Shown: positions 20,113 to 29,216 of the stretch, piece by piece
Numbering within the stretch: position 1 is the stretch's first letter
Layout: each line of letters starts with the position of its first letter
Assembly: GCA_024276825.1 (NCBI GenBank)
Contig: JAJRWI010000015.1
Location: 44,723 to 108,722, forward strand
Length of the DNA stretch: 64,000 nt
Reading direction: 5' to 3'
From: an archaeon
Lineage (GTDB): Archaea > Asgardarchaeota > Thorarchaeia > Thorarchaeales > Thorarchaeaceae
Position numbers and translations under genes: made by a program
The notes under the pieces: generated by a model
What the model saw: the letters and a program-made list of their open reading frames with translations, nothing else
Databases searched by the model: none
Told to the model about the DNA's origin: nothing

Positions 20113-20781
20113 ATGAGTAGAAGAAGACGACCCGCCCGTGTTGAAGCAAATCCTTTGGAAGATTGGACACCCAAGACAAATCTTGGTAGATTGGTCAAAG
20201 AGGGTCATATCAATAGCCTTGAAGAGATTATTGCAAACAATTACGTGATCAGGGAGCCAGAGATTGTTGATGTGCTGTTTCCTGAATTGCGTCAGGAGGT
20301 TGTTGATGTCAAACTTGTTCAGAGACAGTCTGATAGTGGACAGCAGAAAAGTTTCAGAATTACAGTGGTTGTTGGCAATGGGGAGGGCATTATTGGAATT
20401 GGCATGGGCAAAGCCAGTGAGTTTGTTCCCGCGGTCAGATCTGCTGAAGCGAGAGCGAAGATGAACATCTCACTGTTCAGAAGAGGCTGCGGTTCATGGG
20501 AGTGTCGGTGTAGCGACCCGCATAGTATTCCATTCCAAGTTCAAGGTTCATCAGGATCAGTCACAGTTACCTTGAAGCCCGCGCCAAAGGGAACCGGTCT
20601 AGTCACTGGAGATGTTGCAAAGATAGTACTAAGAATAGCAGGGTTGAAAGATGTGTGGTCAATCACAAAGGGACGCTCACGAAGTTCAGCGAACTTTGCT
20701 AAAGCAGTGGTTGATGCACTAATGGCAACTTATCGAATGTTACCACCACAAGAATGGCAGACACCAGGAGTTGTTGAGTGA
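20113..20781 (+). CDS. rps5: 30S ribosomal protein uS5
   Basis: W.PKT.LG, RGCGSWEC, PAPKGTGLV, AG.KDVW. Confidence 0.97.
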   Translation: MSRRRRPARVEANPLEDWTPKTNLGRLVKEGHINSLEEIIANNYVIREPEIVDVLFPELRQEVVDVKLVQRQSDSGQQKSFRITVVVGNGEGIIGIGMGKASEFVPAVRSAEARAKMNISLFRRGCGSWECRCSDPHSIPFQVQGSSGSVTVTLKPAPKGTGLVTGDVAKIVLRIAGLKDVWSITKGRSRSSANFAKAVVDALMATYRMLPPQEWQTPGVVE

Positions 20782-21263
20782 TGAGTGAGAATGAAAAAGT
20801 GATTCTGGCAATTCGAGTAAGAGGTCAGGTGAGTGTCAGACCTCAGATAGAGGAGACTCTCAACAAGCTCCTACTACTCAAACTTCACCATGCGAGAATC
20901 TTCAGACTTACCCCAAGCATAGAGGGGATGATCAAAAAAGCAAAGGACTATATCACTTGGGGTGAAATAAATGATGAAACAGCCAGACTCCTCTTGACCA
21001 AGCGAGGTAGACTCTCTGGAAACCGAAGATTGACTAATGAATATGTCAAGAAGAACTCTTCATTCAAGACAATCAAAGCCTTTGCCAAGGCGCTTGTTGA
21101 GGGGAGGGCTTCAATGTCCGATGTGGAGGGTCTCAAACCAATATTCAGACTCACACCACCATCAAAGGGTTTCAAGGGCAAACGAAATCTGCCTGTTGGC
21201 ATGGGTGGGGTCACTGGATATAGAGGCGCTGGCATAAACGAGCTGGCAAAAAGAATGATTTGA
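20781..21263 (+). CDS. rpl30: 50S ribosomal protein uL30 (archaeal long form)
   Basis: IRVRG, DYITWGE, FRL.PP.KGF, GYRG..IN.L..RM. Confidence 0.96.
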   Translation: MSENEKVILAIRVRGQVSVRPQIEETLNKLLLLKLHHARIFRLTPSIEGMIKKAKDYITWGEINDETARLLLTKRGRLSGNRRLTNEYVKKNSSFKTIKAFAKALVEGRASMSDVEGLKPIFRLTPPSKGFKGKRNLPVGMGGVTGYRGAGINELAKRMI

Positions 21264-21274
21264 GGGTGAGATAG

Positions 21275-21808
21275 ATGAGTTGGGATGATGATCCAGACGA
21301 GAGGCGAAAGGCCTTCAGAAGATGGTTCGGAGATTTCCTCCCAGAGTCCATCTTCAAGGATCTTGAAGAAATGCTAGAGAGAATGATGTCACAGATTGAC
21401 AGAGACCTTTTGGACCCAGACACTCTGAATGAGATCATGCGAGATCCAAGAAGTACAAAGCCTTTCGTGTTTGGATTTAGTATGAGAGTAGGACCCGACG
21501 GCAAGCCAATCATTGAACGGTTTGGTGATCCAACACCCAAAGAGGCCCACGGAGAACTACCACCGCCAATTGAACCACTGGTGGATGTGTTTGAAGAGAA
21601 AAATGAGATCATAATCGTTGCAGACCTCCCGGGTGTTGAGAAAGATGAGATTCGAGTTCGAGTCAAGGGTCAAACATTGACCATTCATGTTGACAACCCA
21701 GAGAGACCATACCACAAAGTGATTCAACTTCCTGCCAGAGTGGCAAGAGAGGAGGCCACCTCATCATTGAGGAATGGAGTACTTGAGGTGCGTCTGAAAA
21801 AGGCATAA
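21275..21808 (+). CDS. hsp20: Small heat-shock protein Hsp20 (archaeal type)
   Basis: FGFSMRVGPDGKP.IE.FG, EPLVDV, ADLPGV.K, NGVLEV alpha-crystallin domain. Confidence 0.95.
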   Translation: MSWDDDPDERRKAFRRWFGDFLPESIFKDLEEMLERMMSQIDRDLLDPDTLNEIMRDPRSTKPFVFGFSMRVGPDGKPIIERFGDPTPKEAHGELPPPIEPLVDVFEEKNEIIIVADLPGVEKDEIRVRVKGQTLTIHVDNPERPYHKVIQLPARVAREEATSSLRNGVLEVRLKKA

Positions 21809-21823
21809 CGAGGGGTATCAATA

Positions 21824-22273
21824 ATGCAAAAGAGAAGACCAAAGAAGATCCATAAGATGAGAGGACGAAGAGCTGCTGGATATGGCTTCAGTGCAGGACA
21901 TAGAGCATCAGGTCAGAGAGGCGGCAAGGGAATGGCAGGTTCAAAAAAGCATCATTACATCAAGGTCATGAAAGAGAACCCACGATACTTTGGTAAGTGG
22001 GGCTTTAAGAGACCTCAAGACTTGAGAGAAGAAGTCACAGTACTCAACATAGGAGAGATTGATGCAGCAGCAGAAAGGCTTGTTTCTCAGGGATCTGCAA
22101 CCAAGAACGGTAGAAGATATACAATTGATATTGCACAATTAGGGATTGACAAGATTCTTGGTGCAGGAAGAGTCACCAAACAGCTAAACCTTATTGGAGT
22201 CAGGGCAATCTCAGAGAGAGCCCGACAAAAGGTCATTGAAAAAGGTGGTACTATTGATCTCCCTGCAGAGTAG
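21824..22273 (+). CDS. rpl15: 50S ribosomal protein uL15
   Basis: RG...G.G...HR..G.RGG.G.AG, FGK.GF, KILG.G, KGG. Confidence 0.96.
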   Translation: MQKRRPKKIHKMRGRRAAGYGFSAGHRASGQRGGKGMAGSKKHHYIKVMKENPRYFGKWGFKRPQDLREEVTVLNIGEIDAAAERLVSQGSATKNGRRYTIDIAQLGIDKILGAGRVTKQLNLIGVRAISERARQKVIEKGGTIDLPAE

Positions 22274-22368
22274 TCGATTGACCACCACATTTTCTCTTTA
22301 TTTTCAGGTAGGTGTTCGCAAAAGTCAAGGTTAATGATTGTATTAGGATTCAAGTATTAAGAAAAGGC

Positions 22369-22392
22369 AAATGGGGCAATATTGCCCCATTT
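22369..22392. terminator. Perfect 24-bp palindrome between convergent genes
   Basis: AAATGGGGCAAT|ATTGCCCCATTT. Confidence 0.55.
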
Positions 22393-22420
22393 ATTCCAAT
22401 GGGAAAGAGTCCTTATGTGA

Positions 22421-22816
22421 TCACCCAGGGTAGAGTTCGTATAAGATATCGCAAGCATTGAGAACACTGCTGATGAACTGGCGAAGCTCATCTGCAGTCA
22501 AGTCAGTGTCGTTGGTTTCTGTAAGGACAACAATATTGTCATTGGGATCAATGCCAAACTTAACACCATTTCTCTCAAAGTTTTTCTTATGCATCTCATA
22601 GGCGAACTGCAACCGCTTACTCTCATCTGCGATTTCAAAGAAGCTGGTGAATTGGGCTATTATATAAAGCCATACATCATTGGGACTGGCCATGATATTA
22701 ACTACAAGATTGTCAAAATGATCTGTTTCCCATGTCATTGAGATAATATCGCCGCGCTGCTCATATTTAATCCCAAGTTCATCCAGTTTTGCTCGAGCCG
22801 TATCTAGTAATCCCAT
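22421..22816 (-). CDS. YbjN/T3SS-chaperone-fold protein
   Basis: About 130 aa, acidic; N....VKFGID.N..I pattern; GGTGA SD before MGLL. Confidence 0.65.
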   Translation of the reverse strand: MGLLDTARAKLDELGIKYEQRGDIISMTWETDHFDNLVVNIMASPNDVWLYIIAQFTSFFEIADESKRLQFAYEMHKKNFERNGVKFGIDPNDNIVVLTETNDTDLTADELRQFISSVLNACDILYELYPG

Positions 22817-23013
22817 AAATATCACCATCAATCAAGAATAATCTCGATGTGTTTTGTGACGGTTGGATTAAGAATTCATAAAATAAATCATGTGTGTATA
22901 TATTACTGGATTATCGTTTTACTTGAATAAATCCAGTTTTTCAGGTTTCAATATAGTCAGTAGCATACTTGGTAAAAATGAAAATAACGGGGGAGTACTA
23001 CTCCCGCGTTGTA

Positions 23014-24516
23014 TTATAGAATTCCAAGGAGTCCTTGTATGCCTTCTCCTCCCATGGAAGCAAGCTGTTCTTTGGCAATCTGTTCATAGTACTGCTTTAT
23101 GATTGACACCATTAGAAGAATTCCTGTTCCACTTGCGAGCGCGCCCATAACATCTGCAACGGCTGCAATCACTCCTATTAGAAAGCCTCCAAGGCCTGCA
23201 ACCACAGGGATGTACCTATCGAGTAGTCGTTCCAAGACCCTCTCGCTCCTTCTGAATCCAGGAACGATGTATCCGCTGTCGAGCAACTGTCTTGCAACGT
23301 CCCTAGGGGCAATTCCTGATATATCAACCCAAATTTTGCTGAAGCCCCAACAGAGCAGTATCATTAGACTTGCATAGACCAAGACATGTAGTGCCCCTTG
23401 AGGTTCGCCGAGGATGCTGAATATTCCTTGAGGCGGTGTTATATAGTAAGCCAATCCGCCCGTTGCGATCATCCTGTTCGATTTTGGATCCAATGTGAAT
23501 ACCCCCAGCCAAGACAACCATGGATTCGTACCATTGGGGTTCCAATTGTTGTATATGATCTGACCAAAGAATAGAATGTTTGCATACAATGCTTGGGCCA
23601 GAATTACAGGTATGTTAGATGTATACAGCAGTTTGATGGGATATCGTGCCTTCATCCCTCTGTATTTTGCATATTGTAGAGGTATCTCCACTCGCACAGA
23701 TTCCATCCAGAGAACCGCGAAGAATATCCCAAATGTCACTGTCAATGACATGATGCTTGGGTCATAGCCATTCCGAATCAGTAGCCACGCCGCATCCACT
23801 GGAGGGCCAGCATCTGTACCAATTCCGAATGCTCGAAGAAGGTTTGCAATCATTGCTGCCACGATGCCCTTTGGTAAGTTCGTTGCAGCCTGTGCATAAC
23901 CAAGAGGAGCACCTCCCTCAGTATTGGTGATGTTGAACATGTTGAACATGACCTGTCCTGCAACATTAGTCATGATAAATAGCGAAACTCCAGATCCGAG
24001 ACCCCAACCCTTCTGAATCAGCTCGTCCATAAGGATGACAATAATGCCTGACATGAACAGTTGTAGCCAGACAATCAGGGCATTTGTTGCAGTCAGTTCA
24101 CCATAAGCGTTACCGATTATATATGCAAATGCCTGAAATGCAGTCATGAACATTGCGAGGACCTTCTGGCCACCAGTGAATAGGGCTCGGTCATCGGGGT
24201 CGCTAAAGTCAACATTGATTATCTTTGATCCAGACAGGAGCTGCATGACAAGTCCTGCAGTGACTATTGGTCCGATCCCTAGCTCCATGAGTGTACCGCG
24301 AGTACTTGCTAGAATCACTCGCATTGCCCAAAGATAGTCTGTTCCAGCCTGTGGCTCCACACCGTATAATGGCAAGTGTGACATTACAAGGAATAGTATT
24401 AGTACCACTGCTGTCCACACAATCTTCTCTCGAAATGATACCTCACGATCAGGTGTCTTCACCTCTGGCATGACACGGACAAAGGGAGACAAAGCACGTA
24501 GGAATGTTGAAGTCAT
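23014..24516 (-). CDS. secY: Preprotein translocase SecY/Sec61alpha
   Basis: RGTLMELGIGPIVTAG, DEL.QKGWGLGSGVSLFI, YPIKLLYTSNIPVIL, PGFRR, SGTGILL. Confidence 0.98.
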   Translation of the reverse strand: MTSTFLRALSPFVRVMPEVKTPDREVSFREKIVWTAVVLILFLVMSHLPLYGVEPQAGTDYLWAMRVILASTRGTLMELGIGPIVTAGLVMQLLSGSKIINVDFSDPDDRALFTGGQKVLAMFMTAFQAFAYIIGNAYGELTATNALIVWLQLFMSGIIVILMDELIQKGWGLGSGVSLFIMTNVAGQVMFNMFNITNTEGGAPLGYAQAATNLPKGIVAAMIANLLRAFGIGTDAGPPVDAAWLLIRNGYDPSIMSLTVTFGIFFAVLWMESVRVEIPLQYAKYRGMKARYPIKLLYTSNIPVILAQALYANILFFGQIIYNNWNPNGTNPWLSWLGVFTLDPKSNRMIATGGLAYYITPPQGIFSILGEPQGALHVLVYASLMILLCWGFSKIWVDISGIAPRDVARQLLDSGYIVPGFRRSERVLERLLDRYIPVVAGLGGFLIGVIAAVADVMGALASGTGILLMVSIIKQYYEQIAKEQLASMGGEGIQGLLGIL

Positions 24517-24776
24517 AGACCAAGGTCTCCTGCAGGTTTTAGTTTTGACGGTCGTAAAGTTATAGACCTTTAAAGATAGTGGTATACGAGAGAGGATGAA
24601 TAAATGATATTAGCGTTTCCAATAGTAAATTTGCTTTCAGGGGTCCGGAGTTTGTGTCCAAATCACAATGATTGTACATAAGTGTACAGTCATGGATTGC
24701 AAAGAACATATATATACTGGATTGCTCAGCATGCATTATCGGTCTCATGACCGTTGATTCACGTGGTGCGTTTCAT

Positions 24777-26615
24777 ATGAAGCGAAGGACTGCAATATTT
24801 ACCCTACTGATTCTTGCAGCACTTGTTCTCTCAGCACTCCCCATTCTTGGAGTGGCAACACCTGTTTCGGGAGGGATCTCTGAGAGTACAACAGTGCGAG
24901 TGACGCGAACCGTTGAGTCATATGTAGTAGAGTAGGATCATCCCTACTCTAACTACTTTGATTACACATGGACCATAACTAAGGATGGTGCAACTCAGAT
25001 ACGTGTACATTTTACAAAGATCGATGTTGAGGACAACTATGACTTTGTATATGTATACGATTATGCCGGTTCACAACTTCACAAGCTCACTGGTCTTTAT
25101 TCTTCTGGTGGATGGAGCGATTGGAGCTATGGTGACACAATCAAGGTCAGGCTCAAGACTGACTACTCAGTCACAGAATGGGGCTTTGCCATAGACCAGA
25201 TAGAATATGAAGGTGGAACTGGTGGAGGTGGTACTACAGACAATGTCCTAGAGAGTGGAGTACCAGTGTCAAGTTCATTGAGCGCCACTGGTGACACCGA
25301 GATGTGGACCATTGAGGTCGCCGCAGATGCTGTCAGCATGCACTCAGTGTTGACTTGTGGTACCAATGACTACGACCTATATGGGCGCCTTGGTGCCGAG
25401 CCAACAACCAGCACCTATGACTGGAGAGGCTACACCAGCGGCGGTGAGGACGTCACCTATGACAATCCTGGCCAGGGAACCTGGTACATCATGGTCAGAT
25501 CATACAGCGGTTCTGGCTCTTATGAACTTACAGTGACTATCACCTATGACACAGGTGGCGGTAGTGGCAGCAATGTTCTTGAGAGCGGTGTACCGGTCAC
25601 AAGCTCTTTGAGTGGTACTGGTGACACCGAGATGTGGACCATTGAGGTTGGGGCAAATGCCATCAGTATGCATTCTGTGCTGACTTGTGGCACTAACGAC
25701 TACGACCTATATGGGCGCCTTGGTGCCGAGCCAACAACCAGCACCTATGACTGGAGAGGCTATACTACTGGTGGTGAGGACGTCACCTATGACAACCCTG
25801 GCGAGGGCACCTGGTACATCATGGTCAGATCATACAGTGGCTCAGGTTCTTACGAGCTCACGGTCACCATCACCTATGACACTGGTGGCGGTGGCGGCGG
25901 AGATGGAGTAGTCACAAAGTGGGCAGTGATTGTTGGAATCAGTGACTATGAAGCTATCAGCGATCTTAGCTATTGTGATGAGGATGCCACCGATTGGTAC
26001 AATTACATGACCAATGTCATGGGTTATGATAACATTAGGGTACTTGGTGACACCCATTCCTCAAACTATCCGGCGTACTATGATCTCGCAACGGAGTATA
26101 ATGTGAAAGCAGCATTGAACTGGATGGTTTCGGGTGCTGATGCGGATGATCAGATTGCCTTCATCACATCAGGCCATGGTTCAGGCGATGGTTCTGGATC
26201 ATCATATCTCTGTATGTGGGACAGCAATAGTGGTGAGAATGGTGAGGATGGTAATCTGTATGACACTGAGCTCGCCTCAATTATTGGGAATGCAGTAGCA
26301 TCTCAGATATTCATCTTCATTGATCACTGTTACAGCGGTGGGCTGATTCCGGAGATTGCAGCATTGAGTAATAGTGCTAACATCTACATGACAACCACCT
26401 GCACAGACAACGGCTATGGGTATGATGATTCCACTCATCAAAATGGTGCGTGGACATACCAATTCCTAGAATATGGCCTTATCAACCACTTTGGAAGTAA
26501 TCCGAATACTCTGATGGAAGACTGCTTTGACTATGCTCTAGCTGCATATCCATACAGTGGTGGAGACACTCCACAGGAGTTTGATGGAAACACATCTGTA
26601 GGATTCAAATTGTGA
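24777..26615 (+). pseudogene. Secreted CUB-PPC-PPC-caspase-like (clan CD) peptidase gene interrupted by an in-frame TAG at 24933-24935
   Basis: Signal peptide (MKRR plus hydrophobic stretch); the frame continues past TAG into a CUB-like domain (E*DHPYSN..DYTWTI...IRVHF...YDFV.VYD), two PPC repeats and a domain with SGHG/DHCYSGG dyad; ORFs 24672 and 25266 share one frame. Confidence 0.85.
25241..25890 (+). repeat. Two near-identical 330-bp PPC-domain repeats
   Basis: ACTGGTGACACCGAGATGTGGACC at 25287 and 25617; 110-aa period. Confidence 0.93.
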
Positions 26616-26648
26616 GGGGATTATTTCCCCCACTACTTTTTTTTTTCT
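26616..26648 (+). terminator. Hairpin plus poly-T terminator
   Basis: GGGGA-ttatt-TCCCC followed by a T-run of about 10. Confidence 0.7.
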
Positions 26649-26705
26649 TCAGGATGTTTGATTAGACAGTAAAGTTCTGAAGGCAGAAATCTGGTCAGAC
26701 TTGTC

Positions 26706-26954
26706 ATGTTAGTCAGGATTGGAATAATGGCAAGGAATCTTGGGGTATCCACATCCACACTCAGACCTTGGGAACGTCAGGGCCTTCTTGCTCCCAGCAC
26801 AAGGACTGCAGGTGGGCACAGACGTTATGAAACCAACCCTACCAAGAATGACCTGTGCAATGGTCCTTCAAGAGCTGTCATCCACCTCCACAAATCGCAT
26901 CATTGGTTTTTGTATGAGCTTAAATTGTGTCTGATGAATTGTCTATTGGACTAG
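26706..26954 (+). pseudogene. tnpA: IS607 serine transposase N-terminal fragment
   Basis: MerR-type HTH LGVSTSTLRPWERQG...RTAGGHRRY; the catalytic YARVS motif has decayed to AVIHLHKS. Confidence 0.8.
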
Positions 26955-26989
26955 CATGTTGGGCATCGAAGAGACCCAGACGTACGAAG

Positions 26990-27323
26990 GCCCGAGGGAA
27001 GAGAGCATCTTCTCGAAGGAGGTCCTCACCCTCTCATGACCATAAAGCATCAAGTGGGAGAGGGTCCGTGGTGGAAGAGTACGTACAGACCAGTCTGTAC
27101 GACGGCGGCCCTGCCATGGTGAGAGATGCGGCAACCCCCACTGTGTCCGGAGATGATACGACCGGGGCAACACAGGGGGAAGGAGGCCAGTTCTGCGACA
27201 ATGCAGAAAAAGCCCCTGCGAACACTAGAGTCTATCTGGTGGGTGGTGACACTTGCAGGGGAAGGGCTGAACGCATGAGTCCTGTTCAGACGAGTTCACC
27301 ACTGCGCGACAAGTCTGAACAAG
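26990..27323 (+). ncRNA. Candidate omega-RNA-like structured RNA at the right end of the IS607 remnant
   Basis: Seven consecutive GC-rich stems seen by eye; location matches where TnpB omega RNAs are encoded. Confidence 0.45.
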
Positions 27324-27409
27324 ATTAGGTTGTCAGTAATACCCAGTGTTCGATCAATAGTTTCACTGAGTAGTTATCTTTAGTGATGTCACCCTTAGTA
27401 TTCCTTAAC

Positions 27410-28516
27410 TTACCGTTTCAATGTCTCATCCAATTCTTCTAGAGGATTATCAACAAGCCATTCCACGCCAGAACGCCAAGTCTTGAATTCTGTATCAAAG
27501 TTATCAGGATAAAACCAGTAAAGACAACTGTGTTTTCTAACTGTGTCCATAGTGAATACTTGAAGGTTAGGTAGATTTTCCCAGAGCGTATAGAAGAGGT
27601 TATGTTCATGTGATGGTGGCATCCGCCCCCAGAGAACCACGCCAGAATCTGACAATAGATCTATGGAGAGTGGAAAAGGAGGCGCGAAGTCCTCAAGAAA
27701 GGCGTTGAATAGTTGATTTCTTCGCCCTTCATCAGGGTTCCTGCTATAGAACAGCTTTGTGGAGGTGACATCAAACTGAGACCTGTCAATCTGAGCGCGA
27801 ATCGACTCGATATAATTGCTCATGATATTGATCACTTTTCGACTCACTGTGCTCTGAGACAAGCCAAGCTTTTTTTGCAGAGCGCTCTGAGGGATTGTGG
27901 CATTTGAAGTCAGTTCTCTTAAGATTATCAGATCGGCAGGGCCAAAATCCAATGTTTCGGGGGGCCTCTCTTTCTGAACAGGCAAGATTGTAGATGCAGA
28001 AATGATCACTTTTCTCCAAGTAGCCCAGTCATAGTTCCATGACATAGACTGCGGGTCAAAAAACTCCAGGTTCGTTGTTGTTGATGTCCTATATCCATTG
28101 CTCAGATGATAGAAAACATCATCACAGACACCTATCTCTTTTAGCTTGTCAAGAAACTGATATAGCTTGTCTAAGCCCTTCGTTGGTATGTCGAATTGAG
28201 CCATGATCCCCGTAAAAGGCCCATATATCCTAGAGCGATAATGAGTGTATGGATGAACATCGCATGCTACTTCAATTCCATTCAGTTGATTCTTAGTGTG
28301 AGCCTTGAATAGCACAATAACCCGGACCAGACCCAATCGGGAGGGGTTGAACACTGCAACAGGGTTGGATAGTACACCAGACTTCTTCAATGACTCAATA
28401 TGCTTGTTTGCAGTGATCCAGCTGGTGTTTGCCTTTTCAGCAATCTCTCGTACTGAGATTGTAGGCTTTAGCTCTATCAGCTGAAGAATTCTAAGGTCTA
28501 ATTCTGTAAGCGTCAT
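27410..28516 (-). CDS. Lrp/AsnC-like regulator with duplicated wHTH
   Basis: LDLRIL...SVREIAEK HTH and a second DLIILREL...LSQSTVSRK HTH. Confidence 0.8.
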   Translation of the reverse strand: MTLTELDLRILQLIELKPTISVREIAEKANTSWITANKHIESLKKSGVLSNPVAVFNPSRLGLVRVIVLFKAHTKNQLNGIEVACDVHPYTHYRSRIYGPFTGIMAQFDIPTKGLDKLYQFLDKLKEIGVCDDVFYHLSNGYRTSTTTNLEFFDPQSMSWNYDWATWRKVIISASTILPVQKERPPETLDFGPADLIILRELTSNATIPQSALQKKLGLSQSTVSRKVINIMSNYIESIRAQIDRSQFDVTSTKLFYSRNPDEGRRNQLFNAFLEDFAPPFPLSIDLLSDSGVVLWGRMPPSHEHNLFYTLWENLPNLQVFTMDTVRKHSCLYWFYPDNFDTEFKTWRSGVEWLVDNPLEELDETLKR

Positions 28517-28596
28517 TACCCATCATCTTGTGTTTGAGTTCAGGCAGAAGAGAGGTGTAGAGTCTTGACATACTACACCTCCTTGAGCAGTAATGC

Positions 28597-29091
28597 TCAT
28601 GCAGCTACTTCTAAGGAACCACAGGGATCGGCATCACCTGAGCCGCCCGGAGGATCAAACACATAGTCAGTAGTACCTGATGTGGCCCCTCCAGTGAATG
28701 ATACAAGGTCAACTGAGAAGATGTAATCACCAGATTCGAGTGCATGGTTATAGAAGTACATTGTACAATGCAGTATCTCTAGCCGAGTGTTGATTGTATA
28801 GGCATAAGTATACTCGGCGCCAGAAGGTAATTCCAATGATGGATAGATATCAAGGGTGTACCGTCGTGTGCCACTAAGCTTGATGTCAAAATATGCCACA
28901 ACATCATCAGCACGACCATCATTGTCTGCATCGGTATATTCTGCTCCAAGAATAGTCAGACTGAGGACAACTCTATCATTCGTACTGGAAACTGTCACAC
29001 TTGACGCGTGCACTGGAGTGATGAATAATCCTAATCCCCCAATCATTAAAAACCCAAGTAGTAGGCTCAGACAAACTGTGAATTTTGACAT
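28597..29091 (-). CDS. Secreted beta-rich protein with a DxDxDG Ca-binding-like motif
   Basis: Signal peptide ending VHA; DADNDGRADD. Confidence 0.7.
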   Translation of the reverse strand: MSKFTVCLSLLLGFLMIGGLGLFITPVHASSVTVSSTNDRVVLSLTILGAEYTDADNDGRADDVVAYFDIKLSGTRRYTLDIYPSLELPSGAEYTYAYTINTRLEILHCTMYFYNHALESGDYIFSVDLVSFTGGATSGTTDYVFDPPGGSGDADPCGSLEVAA

Positions 29092-29216
29092 AATTGGTCG
29101 AGAATGTAAGTAAAATATACTATAAAAATATTGTTAAGAATTGACCCACCACAAAAATTGGATGGATGGCCCGGTATGGGGCCCGTCCCCATACCGTGAA
29201 CCAGTCCAAGTTTCAG

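Larger units (their letters stand above)
26652..27329 (+). mobile_element. Internally deleted, non-autonomous IS607-family element
   Basis: Truncated TnpA; GG dinucleotides at both inferred ends; YTG.TYAGAC motifs at 26656, 26690, 27281 and (inverted) 27313. Confidence 0.7.

Noticed and set aside
13375-20198. Antisense ORFs over ribosomal protein genes (for example 13375-13752, 17969-18424, 19814-20179)
   Set aside because: Shadows of low-complexity or codon-biased sense genes
26927-27328. 133-aa ORF as TnpB or a real protein
   Set aside because: No RuvC or Zn-finger motifs; lies over a GC-rich hairpin-dense segment and is probably a chance open frame
26652-27329. Group I intron (IStron)
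   Set aside because: No recognisable P7/J8-7 core motifs, and the element is intergenic
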